A stretch of DNA of 41,216 bases, taken from the IMG/VR virus record IMGVR_UViG_3300046747_000434, positions 1 to 41,216 of that record. One strand, written 5' to 3'. Origin of the DNA: a virus. The notes under the pieces are model-generated. The model saw only the letters and a list, made by a program, of their open reading frames with translations, searched no databases and was not told where the DNA came from. Both the position numbers and the translations under genes were made by a program. Below are positions 1 through 6,038 of this stretch, piece by piece (positions within the stretch are counted from its first letter, which is position 1; the number at the start of each line of letters is the position of its first letter).

Positions 1-125
1 CCCATCGCCTGCGAGATAGCGGCCTCCACGCACATCTTGCCATCGGCGCGTCCCACGCCAGTGCACAACCCACGCGCAAGTATCGCCTCGAATACAGGTT
101 GGTTGAATGCTGATAGATCGGTCAT
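1..125 (-). CDS. 5' fragment of an Ala-rich repeat family protein. Same sequence as the start of 40462..41214, so not an extra copy if the genome is circular.
   Basis: ATG at 125..123. Encodes MTDLSAFNQPVFEAILARGLCTGVGRADGKMCVEAAISQAMG, identical to the 40462..41214 N-terminus. Confidence 0.7.
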   Translation of the reverse strand, partial: MTDLSAFNQPVFEAILARGLCTGVGRADGKMCVEAAISQAM

Positions 126-127
126 TT
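1..127. repeat. Exact 127-bp terminal direct repeat (identical to 41090..41216); probably a circular-contig overlap
   Basis: Letter-by-letter identity of the first and last 127 nt. The same sequence also occurs at 31894..32020. Confidence 0.9.
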
Positions 128-131
128 CAGG

Positions 132-359
132 TCATCCTTTCGTGTTTGTTTCGTGAGCATCGAAGCACCCCGCGGCATCGAGCCCGGTGAGCAGAGTGGG
201 CGCCTCCTCACCGTGCAGCTGTCGGCAGATCGACTCAGCGGTCTGGACGAGCACAGGACGGGGCAGCGTGAGGGTGCGCAGGTAGTGCGCGATAGAGTCG
301 TGCGCCTGCGGGCGCATGGAGTGCGCACGGCACCAGGCGCGGTAGTGTGGCAGGGTCAT
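132..359 (-). CDS. Hypothetical protein, 75 aa (MTLPHYRAWC...)
   Basis: Internal ATG of ORF 132..608. It overlaps the upstream stop as TGATG. Lies immediately upstream of the family gene across the junction. Confidence 0.5.
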   Translation of the reverse strand: MTLPHYRAWCRAHSMRPQAHDSIAHYLRTLTLPRPVLVQTAESICRQLHGEEAPTLLTGLDAAGCFDAHETNTKG

Positions 360-535
360 CAGAGCACCGGCGTCCCGCCATGGCGGGCGTCGAAGTCGGC
401 CAGATCGCGCAGGGCAAGCGAGTAGGCCGCCCACTCCTCGGCGTTCGAGTCGTCTGGCAAAGAGGCCGGTGACGCAGACTTCACAGCGTCGACGATGTCG
501 TTGCGTGAGTCCCGGTAGTTGTTCTTGCTGGTCAT
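359..535 (-). CDS. Hypothetical acidic protein, 58 aa (MTSKNNYRDSRNDIVDAVK...)
   Basis: Hand-translated ORF below the 60-aa track cut-off. Its stop overlaps the next ATG (TGATG). Weak RBS. Confidence 0.45.
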   Translation of the reverse strand: MTSKNNYRDSRNDIVDAVKSASPASLPDDSNAEEWAAYSLALRDLADFDARHGGTPVL

Positions 536-648
536 GCCAATCCGTATTGCACGAGTGGTGCCACAACGAAACCATTGAGCTTTGCGTGGAGTCGATGCTC
601 AAAACCACGACATACGCGTCATGGTCTGGCTACTGCGCTAGCCACCAG

Positions 649-870
649 TCATGGCGTCAACAGCACGGTCTTCGTTCCGATCGCGAATGTGTTGCTTCGC
701 ATCAGCGCCGTCAGCTCGTTTTGCGAGTGCACGCCGAGTTTGCCGAACACGTGCTTGAGGTGATTGCGCGCGGTGTGCTTGCTGATGCCGAGCTTGGTGG
801 CGACGGCGGTGAGCGTCATGCCAGAGCACAGGCAGTCTGCGATCTCGCGCTCGCGTGGGCTGAGCTTCAT
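649..870 (-). CDS. LuxR/GerE-family helix-turn-helix transcriptional regulator (73 aa)
   Basis: LSPREREIADCLCSGMTLTAVATKLGISKHTARNHLKHVFGKLGV is a typical GerE HTH. Its ATG overlaps the stop of 867..1667 (ATGA). Confidence 0.85.
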   Translation of the reverse strand: MKLSPREREIADCLCSGMTLTAVATKLGISKHTARNHLKHVFGKLGVHSQNELTALMRSNTFAIGTKTVLLTP

Positions 871-1667
871 TTGCACGCCTCCATCAGCTCGATCAGCTTG
901 TCGGCCATGCGCGCGTGGTGCCTCCTGGCAGCAGCTCCAGCAGCGTCAGCAGCAGCGTCAGCAGCGCGAGCAGCGCGAGCAGCGCGAGCAGCTCCAGCAG
1001 CGTAATCAGCAGCGGAAGCAGCGTCAGCAGCAGCGTAAGCAGCAGCGTAAGCAGCGGAAGCAGCAGCGTAAGCAGCAGCGCGAGCAGCTCCAGCAGCGCG
1101 AGCAGCTCCAGCAGCGTAAGCAGCAGCGGAAGCAGCGCGAGAAGCAGCGCACCACTCAGTTGCGCTCGGCTCGTCTCCCGCAATGCGCCGCTCGAACAGC
1201 GCCACCACGGTAGCGATTGCGGCCTTAACTGCATCGTCAGCATGCCTGACCACGCCATGCCTCGGATCGCTGAGCATCCACACGGCGAGGCGCGGCCACA
1301 CCAGCGACAGGTCAGCGCCCGTCGTGATAGATTTCGCGAAGCGCTGCGGCCACAGCTTCGCGCGCGCCTTGGATTGCCTCTCGAACAAGCGATCCTGCAG
1401 GTATGCCAGCTCAATCGGTATGCCGAGACGCTCTGCTAGCGCCGTGTGGTTCGAATATGCGCCGATGTCCCGCTCGCGCAGGTCGACGTGATCGATGCGC
1501 GCAATGCTCCGCAGGCCGCATGCGACCGCGCAGCCGCGCCATTCCTTGCCCTCGCCGTGTCCGTACGAGCCTTGGCTGATGGCGTCCATGCGCGCGTGCC
1601 ACGCCAGTTCACGCAGGAAGCGCGCGCGGAATGCCTTATCACCGTTGTATCCGACTAGATTAGTCAT
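867..1667 (-). CDS. Ala-rich periodic-repeat protein, divergent paralog P1 (266 aa)
   Basis: C-terminal AAYAAGAARAAGAARAAAYAAASAAYAAAYAAADAASAADYAAGAARAARAARAADAA repeat. The N-terminal domain differs from the other three copies. Confidence 0.8.
   Translation of the reverse strand: MTNLVGYNGDKAFRARFLRELAWHARMDAISQGSYGHGEGKEWRGCAVACGLRSIARIDHVDLRERDIGAYSNHTALAERLGIPIELAYLQDRLFERQSKARAKLWPQRFAKSITTGADLSLVWPRLAVWMLSDPRHGVVRHADDAVKAAIATVVALFERRIAGDEPSATEWCAASRAASAAAYAAGAARAAGAARAAAYAAASAAYAAAYAAADAASAADYAAGAARAARAARAADAAADAAGAAARRHHARMADKLIELMEACK
921..1152 (-). repeat. GCT-rich (plus-strand GCAGC) coding microsatellite-like array inside P1
   Basis: Runs of gcagcagcgtaagcagc / gcgagcagc units. 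Several reading frames stay open across it (see the overlapping track ORFs 764..1213, 893..1414 and 915..1439). Confidence 0.85.
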
Positions 1668-1927
1668 TCTGCTGATCCAATCTTGTTTGCGGCCTCGAGA
1701 GCGAGCTCAAGCGTGGACGCTGCGACAGCGTGAGAACCGATCGGCGTCTGCGGGTACCAATGCACCACCCATACCTGTCCGGTGGCTAACATGGTCTCCC
1801 TGTCGACGAGATCAGCGGTGTTCCAACAGTCCCCAATCCACTCGGCTACGCTCTCGTAGTTGGTGGCGTGCGGCTGGTGCTCGATCGTGAGATTGATGTG
1901 CTTCGGAAGCGTCTGCGTGCTGGTCAT
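1664..1927 (-). CDS. Hypothetical protein, 87 aa
   Basis: GGAGGGAAC RBS before the ATG at 1927. Its stop overlaps the P1 start (ATGA). Confidence 0.6.
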   Translation of the reverse strand: MTSTQTLPKHINLTIEHQPHATNYESVAEWIGDCWNTADLVDRETMLATGQVWVVHWYPQTPIGSHAVAASTLELALEAANKIGSAE

Positions 1928-1957
1928 GTTCCCTCCACCAGCCAACCTACGCTACGC

Positions 1958-2215
1958 TCACCTGGGCTGCAAGCGGTAATCGAGCGCCTCTTGGACGGCG
2001 CGTCGGATTGCCTCGCTGTGGGTGACGCCCATGGCACTGGCCAGGCGCTCGAGGCGCAGCTCGTCGGCTGGGCACAGGCGCAGCGTGCGCACGTGCGTGG
2101 TTGGCCCACTGGGGTCTCGCGGTACTGGGCCGGGGCGTTTGCCAGGGGGTTCCACGATCACGCGCAGCTCTTTGGAGGGCCGGGGCTTGGGGCCGCTTCG
2201 CTTGGCGACAGTCAT
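1958..2215 (-). CDS. Ribbon-helix-helix (CopG/Arc-like) DNA-binding protein, 85 aa
   Basis: TLRLCPADELRLERLASAMGVTHSEAIRRAVQEAL fits a strand-helix-helix pattern. ATGA overlap with the upstream gene. Confidence 0.6.
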   Translation of the reverse strand: MTVAKRSGPKPRPSKELRVIVEPPGKRPGPVPRDPSGPTTHVRTLRLCPADELRLERLASAMGVTHSEAIRRAVQEALDYRLQPR

Positions 2216-2385
2216 GCTCGCGCCTCCTCTTTCTCGGCGTCGGCGTCGGCATAGCTCGCCCGCGGCGCCGCGCCCATTACCCGGGTATAGCAGCGCGTGC
2301 ACAGCTCGACGTAGTGGGCGCCGTCATCCTCCGCGTCTACGGCGTAGGTACTGCCCCCGCCGTCTCCTCCGCATGATCCGCACAT
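2212..2385 (-). CDS. Small CxxC...CxxC protein, 57 aa (possible zinc ribbon)
   Basis: Hand-translated as MCGSCGGDGGGSTYAVDAEDDGAHYVELCTRCYTRV... Coupled at both ends (TGATG and ATGA). Confidence 0.45.
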   Translation of the reverse strand: MCGSCGGDGGGSTYAVDAEDDGAHYVELCTRCYTRVMGAAPRASYADADAEKEEARA

Positions 2386-2690
2386 CACGAATTCTCCGAT
2401 GCGCGCTCGGCGCGAATGCGTGCGCGGGTTTCTTTGATGCGCGTCGTAAGTTCGCGCTTCATTTCCTCGGCGACTTTGGCCGCGTCGCAGACAGTATCGA
2501 GGCGACGCGCTACGGTATTCTCACGCTTCGAGTCGCGCACTACCGCGTGCACGTGCCAGATCTTCTCGACGGTGCCCACATAGGACCCGTCGGCGTTTTT
2601 CGGCGCGAAGTCGGTGTACTTCGCGATGGCCTCGACGCCAGGTGCACCCAATGCCGCCGCCAACTCAATCGCCTGTTCTCTGCTCAGCAT
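2385..2690 (-). CDS. Hypothetical protein, 101 aa
   Basis: Track ORF with a CAGGAGAC RBS before the ATG at 2690. Confidence 0.6.
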   Translation of the reverse strand: MLSREQAIELAAALGAPGVEAIAKYTDFAPKNADGSYVGTVEKIWHVHAVVRDSKRENTVARRLDTVCDAAKVAEEMKRELTTRIKETRARIRAERASENS

Positions 2691-2738
2691 GGTCAGTCTC
2701 CTGGTCTGGCGAACCCCTCGTCCGCCTCACAAGAACCA

Positions 2739-2766
2739 GTATTACCTATCTGCTGACCATACGCAA
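2739..2766 (-). promoter_or_regulatory. Candidate sigma70-like promoter (TTGCGT-16-TAATAC on the minus strand)
   Basis: Located in the lower-GC 89-bp gap upstream of 2385..2690. An alternative GTGACA-16-TATGGT lies just upstream. Confidence 0.3.
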
Positions 2767-2779
2767 TACCGATTACTTG

Positions 2780-2962
2780 TCACTTCGGGCCAAGCTTGAT
2801 CTCGTCCCATGGGTCTCGGTGATCGAGCTGCTTGGCGGCCTCGAGAGCGAGAGATGCACGGGATTGGCGCTGAGCCCAGGAGCGGCGCTGTTCCGCGCGT
2901 GCTCGGAGCTTCAGGCCATGGACGAATTGCGCGCGCGGGGTTTGCTTCTCACGCTTTGGCAT
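2780..2962 (-). CDS. Hypothetical basic protein, 60 aa (MPKREKQTPRAQF...)
   Basis: Internal ATG of ORF 2780..3082, preceded by AAGGTGG. Confidence 0.45.
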   Translation of the reverse strand: MPKREKQTPRAQFVHGLKLRARAEQRRSWAQRQSRASLALEAAKQLDHRDPWDEIKLGPK

Positions 2963-3104
2963 CGGCCACCTTGCAGCGGGCGACGATGTCCCGGAAGAGC
3001 CAGATCTTGAGCAAGCCATCGGCGACGCGCTCGACAGTGGCGCCGTCGCCGAGGTTGTCGATGCGCCTGCCCCAGCTGCCATTGATGTGCTGGACCAGCT
3101 CCAT
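2949..3104 (-). CDS. Hypothetical protein, 51 aa (MELVQHINGSWGRRIDNLGDG...)
   Basis: Hand-translated. Its ATG overlaps the stop of 3104..3493 (TGATG). Confidence 0.4.
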   Translation of the reverse strand: MELVQHINGSWGRRIDNLGDGATVERVADGLLKIWLFRDIVARCKVADAKA

Positions 3105-3493
3105 CACCGTGCCTTCATCCTGGCGAGCAGCTCTTGCGTGATGGCACCGGCGAGCTTGCTGGTGATGAGCTCGACCATGCCCTCACCGTCTCCGCTGCGC
3201 CGGTACCGATCGAGGTCGAGCCCACGCACGGCAGTGTCGTATTCGCGGCCATTGAGCGTGAACGCGACGTGAATCGAGTGCGTGCCGCTGGCCACGTCAG
3301 GCGCCATCTCGACGGCTACAACGCTGAACGCGTTGTAGCCAACCACGTGCGCCTTGATGACGCGCTTCAGGGCGGCGGCCTCTAGCTCGCGAAGGGCCTG
3401 GACTGACGCATCAGTCGGAGCGCGATGCTCGTGCACGTCGATGCGCTCGGGACCGCTGTAGCCGTGGTTGTGCCTGGTATACCTGTCGAACAT
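3104..3493 (-). CDS. Hypothetical protein, 129 aa; first gene of the minus-strand operon
   Basis: Internal ATG (MFDRYTRHNHG...) preceded by a GGAGGTGGG RBS. The upstream part of ORF 3104..3715 does not look like protein. Confidence 0.6.
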   Translation of the reverse strand: MFDRYTRHNHGYSGPERIDVHEHRAPTDASVQALRELEAAALKRVIKAHVVGYNAFSVVAVEMAPDVASGTHSIHVAFTLNGREYDTAVRGLDLDRYRRSGDGEGMVELITSKLAGAITQELLARMKAR

Positions 3494-3705
3494 GAACCCA
3501 CCTCCAGCCGACAGCATACCGCATGCAGGCCGCCCGGACCAGCGCCGAGAGCGATGACGCAGTGCGTAGCAACTCTTGTAGCCGCACCGCGTCATGAGCT
3601 GAAGTGAGCAGTGGAAAGCAATTGCGAACAGGCCGCCTAGCGATTGACTGAGGAGACAAAAGATAGACCGAGCTACCCGGCAAAGTACGATTAATCGATT
3701 CTCAC

Positions 3706-3736
3706 TTGGATACATACATGTGGCGTGTGGTATAAG
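3706..3736 (+). promoter_or_regulatory. Candidate extended -10 promoter (TTGGAT-19-TGgTATAAG)
   Basis: TGgTATAAG at 3728-3736 in an AT-richer patch. The 10-bp palindrome CGATTAATCG (3688-3697) lies nearby. No convincing ORF follows downstream. Confidence 0.3.
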
Positions 3737-3996
3737 TTGGGTACACCCTCATGGATCCCGGATCGAAGCCCCAGAGTTGCGCCAGCTGTACACCTGGTGT
3801 TTTTGCACGTGGCGCACATGGGGTGCACCGGTTACCCGCCGAGTACAGACCAGCAAGGTCAACGCACCCCACCGTGCAATCTCCGGCGACGACGCAGCCG
3901 ACCACCCGCGACGACAGCGACCAGCGGGAGCGGGTACGTAGACGTGACGGGAAGAAGCAGACAGCACGAGGAGAGATGCAAAGGAGAGTTCGCACT

Positions 3997-4014
3997 GCGT
4001 AAAACATTACGCAC
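3997..4014. promoter_or_regulatory. 18-bp inverted repeat TGCGTA-N6-TACGCA (copy 1); operator-like
   Basis: The sequence tgcgtaaaacattacgca has the same half-sites and spacing as 4188-4205. Confidence 0.4.
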
Positions 4015-4187
4015 CTCAAGCGGTTAACCGGAAAGCCGAGCACTTGTGAGTACTTAGAGAGCGAAGCTCGAGTACAGGTGAGGTTTGAGAGAGAGCAGCT
4101 CGCGCTGGGCGGGAAGGAGAGGCCGGCGGCGCGGGCAAGAGTTGCGCCAGCTGCGCATGTTGCTGGTGTCAACATTCTCGGCGCAGG

Positions 4188-4205
4188 TGCGTAAGCTTCT
4201 ACGCA
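4188..4205. promoter_or_regulatory. 18-bp inverted repeat TGCGTA-N6-TACGCA (copy 2); operator-like
   Basis: The sequence tgcgtaagcttctacgca abuts the first iteron. Confidence 0.4.
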
Positions 4206-4312
4206 TGACATCCCGCCGCAACAGGCATGACAGCGATGTCGTGGTGGCCACCACAGTGGCCATGACATGCGTGGCGCGCAGCTATGACAGCTCACCGCGT
4301 GGGCTATGACAT
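4204..4312 (+). repeat. Array of five direct YATGACAK iterons around a 14-bp perfect palindrome
   Basis: The ATGACA core starts at 4205, 4227, 4262, 4284 and 4306 (spacings 22, 35, 22, 22). GTGGTGGCCACCAC (4241-4254) sits in the 35-bp gap. Confidence 0.55.
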
Positions 4313-4361
4313 GAGAGGAGCGCGCGCGAAGACGGGGTGGCCGTGTAAAGATCAACCGGCA

Positions 4362-4393
4362 CCCGTATCTTAGATGGGTCCCATCGATACCGG
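4362..4393 (-). terminator. Imperfect hairpin downstream of the HNH gene (possible terminator)
   Basis: CCCGTATC...GATGGGtCCCATC...GATACCGG nested inverted repeats. Only a weak T-run follows on the minus strand. Confidence 0.25.
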
Positions 4394-4433
4394 CAGAGCG
4401 TAGCGAGTGTTCACTGAAATCAGCACCGATATC

Positions 4434-4895
4434 TCAAGCAAAACGGTATCTCCTATGCTTGACGATGTCCTGCATGCGGGAGAGAGATGTTCCGTACTCC
4501 TTGGCCAGTCCTTTGGTTGACCTGCCCGCGGCGTGCTTGTCGCGCATCTCCCTGATTTGCTCGTCAGACCAGCGCCGTGAGGACTGTCTCCCCGCGGTGC
4601 ACATGTCGCGCGTGTTGTCTTCATGCGTCCCGGCGTATAGGTGCTTGGGATTGCAGCAGGCCGGGTTGTGGCAGGTGTGGAGCGCCCATAGCCCGTTGAG
4701 AGCTACGCCACCGAGCCATTCGATGGCGAACACGGGGGCGGTTCTCACGTAGCCCTGACGGCTCCAACTGAACGTCCCGCGCCCGTTCTTGAGTGCTGAC
4801 CCAGCTGTCCATGGCCAGCACTCGTCGGGACCGAGCACGGATATCTTGGACAGAAACCGCATGTAGTCTTTTGCGCTTGGTGTAGGTGAATCCAT
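4434..4895 (-). CDS. HNH endonuclease with a C-terminal HTH-like tail
   Basis: ALHTCHNPACCNPKHLYAGTHEDNTRDM is an HNH_3-type motif. The MDSPTPS start was chosen inside ORF 4434..4931. Confidence 0.85.
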   Translation of the reverse strand: MDSPTPSAKDYMRFLSKISVLGPDECWPWTAGSALKNGRGTFSWSRQGYVRTAPVFAIEWLGGVALNGLWALHTCHNPACCNPKHLYAGTHEDNTRDMCTAGRQSSRRWSDEQIREMRDKHAAGRSTKGLAKEYGTSLSRMQDIVKHRRYRFA

Positions 4896-4991
4896 ATAGC
4901 AAGCATATAGGGTACACCATATTGATGCCATTAGTTTTCAGCACCCAAATCTCGAGCATCTCTGCTACGCTACCTCTCGGAGGTGGGCGTT

Positions 4992-5336
4992 ATGCTGTCT
5001 GACTGGACGCGGGTCGAGCTTGGCGATGTTGGCGTTTGGGCTGTCCCGCGAACCCCTGCCGGTCGCGTGGCGGCTGCCGAGGCGTTGCTGCGTCCGCTCT
5101 CGCACTACGAGATGGACGAGAACGGCGACGCGGTCCCTGTGTACGGCGAGCCGCTGATCGATGCTGCTGGCTACATGGCCATCGTCTCTGGCGCATCGGT
5201 TTACAGTCCTACTGTCGCCCTCGATCTCGGTCCGCCCGACGCCCAGGAGGCGGAGATAGCGCGCTTCAACGCCGCCGTTGCTGCCAAAGACGCGACCGCG
5301 CACCGACGCACGGCCCCGCGCGGCACGTGGTGTTGA
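4992..5336 (+). CDS. Hypothetical protein, 114 aa
   Basis: GGAGGTGGG RBS before the ATG at 4992. Confidence 0.6.
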   Translation: MLSDWTRVELGDVGVWAVPRTPAGRVAAAEALLRPLSHYEMDENGDAVPVYGEPLIDAAGYMAIVSGASVYSPTVALDLGPPDAQEAEIARFNAAVAAKDATAHRRTAPRGTWC

Positions 5337-5365
5337 GCGCTCAGCCTGCGCGTTAGGAGTCCCCT

Positions 5366-5395
5366 TTGCACGCGGCTAGCCCGTTGTGCTAGGGT
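5366..5395 (+). promoter_or_regulatory. Candidate promoter TTGCAC-18-TAGGGT
   Basis: Located in the 160-bp gap between 5336 and 5499. Confidence 0.25.
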
Positions 5396-5498
5396 GCGCA
5401 GTGGCGGGCAAGAGAAACGGCAACTCGCGAGGCCCATACCCTCGAGAACTCAGTTCAATTCTGAGGCTCCGCTACCAACTTCGATGGGGAGGTCACGC

Positions 5499-5741
5499 AT
5501 GAGTCCATGGCAAACGTTCGCGCCACCGCTCGGCTACAAGCTACTGCGGTCGGAGTACGGCGGCGGCAAGAGTACGCACGTGTTCGTGTCGCTCGACGGT
5601 CGTGAGGAGCGCACGTGCGAGGTGATGCCGGGCGAGGACGAGCTGCGCACGCTGGAGAAGTGGCGCGCCACGGTGCCGGCGTACGTGGAGCCGCTGCCCG
5701 AGGTGGGCGAGCCCGTGGATGTGCCACGGAAGCGCAAGTGA
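5499..5741 (+). CDS. Hypothetical protein, 80 aa
   Basis: GGGGAGG RBS before the ATG (MSPWQTF...). Confidence 0.6.
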   Translation: MSPWQTFAPPLGYKLLRSEYGGGKSTHVFVSLDGREERTCEVMPGEDELRTLEKWRATVPAYVEPLPEVGEPVDVPRKRK

Positions 5742-5962
5742 GCATCCGGTTCGAAGTCGCCAATGAGCCTAGCGCTGAGGTGGCTGCGGCCGTCGCGCGC
5801 AACGCGGTGAAGCTGGCGGAGCGCTTCGAAGGCATGACAGCGGCCGAGTTCGAAGAGCTGGTGCGATGCGTCGCCATGGGCGCGCTGACGTTCGAGGAAG
5901 GCACGCTCGAGGTGAAGGCCACGTGTAGGACTGGCCACGGCGCGCCCGAGGGTGTACAGTAG
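5738..5962 (+). CDS. Hypothetical protein, 74 aa (GTG start)
   Basis: GTGA overlap with the upstream stop. Protein-like sequence VSIRFEVANEPSAEVAAAVARNAVKLAERFEGMTAAEFEELV. Confidence 0.5.
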   Translation: MSIRFEVANEPSAEVAAAVARNAVKLAERFEGMTAAEFEELVRCVAMGALTFEEGTLEVKATCRTGHGAPEGVQ

Positions 5963-5966
5963 GCAG

Positions 5967-6036
5967 GCCTGAGGCGAGGACCGGCCAAACTGTGGTCAGG
6001 TGTTTGGTCGACCCCCCCTCTGTTCTTGCCTCAGGC
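5967..6036. terminator. Nested inverted repeats in a convergent intergenic gap (possible bidirectional terminator)
   Basis: GCCTGAGGC (5967-5975) pairs with GCCTCAGGC (6028-6036). Inner pair CCAAAC (5985-5990) with GTTTGG (6002-6007). Confidence 0.25.
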
Positions 6037-6038
6037 GC

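Noticed and set aside
764-1439. Long overlapping ORFs in other frames across the Ala-repeat arrays. They are Ser-rich (SSSVSSS), Gln/Arg/Lys-rich (QQRKQQRKQ) or Leu-rich (LLLTLLLPLL). The same occurs at 28740..29276, 31370..31972 and 40548..41168.
   Set aside because: They are a by-product of the GCT/AGC periodic DNA, which lacks stop codons in several reading frames. Only the Ala frame connects to the conserved N- and C-terminal domains, start codons and coupling junctions.
1448-1456. GGTTCGAAT, a tRNA T-loop-like motif. Similar GGTTCGAA strings occur at about 5746, 7813 and 40449.
   Set aside because: The flanking bases do not form a T-stem or an acceptor stem, and all occurrences lie inside well-supported coding regions. 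No tRNA is called.
3702-4355. A 217-aa minus-strand ORF, and several 70-100-aa ORFs, inside the 3494-4433 region.
   Set aside because: Cys/Arg/Ser-rich composition, no RBS, mixed third-position composition, and the ORFs run across iterons and palindromes. I treated the region as non-coding.
4905-4925. A GGTACACC element following TATA-like boxes at 3731-3749 and 4905-4916, as a possible phage-specific promoter consensus.
   Set aside because: There are only two intergenic occurrences (plus GTACACC at 3787 and inside a gene at about 19544). That is too few to separate from chance without a motif-enrichment calculation. It is mentioned only as a follow-up idea.
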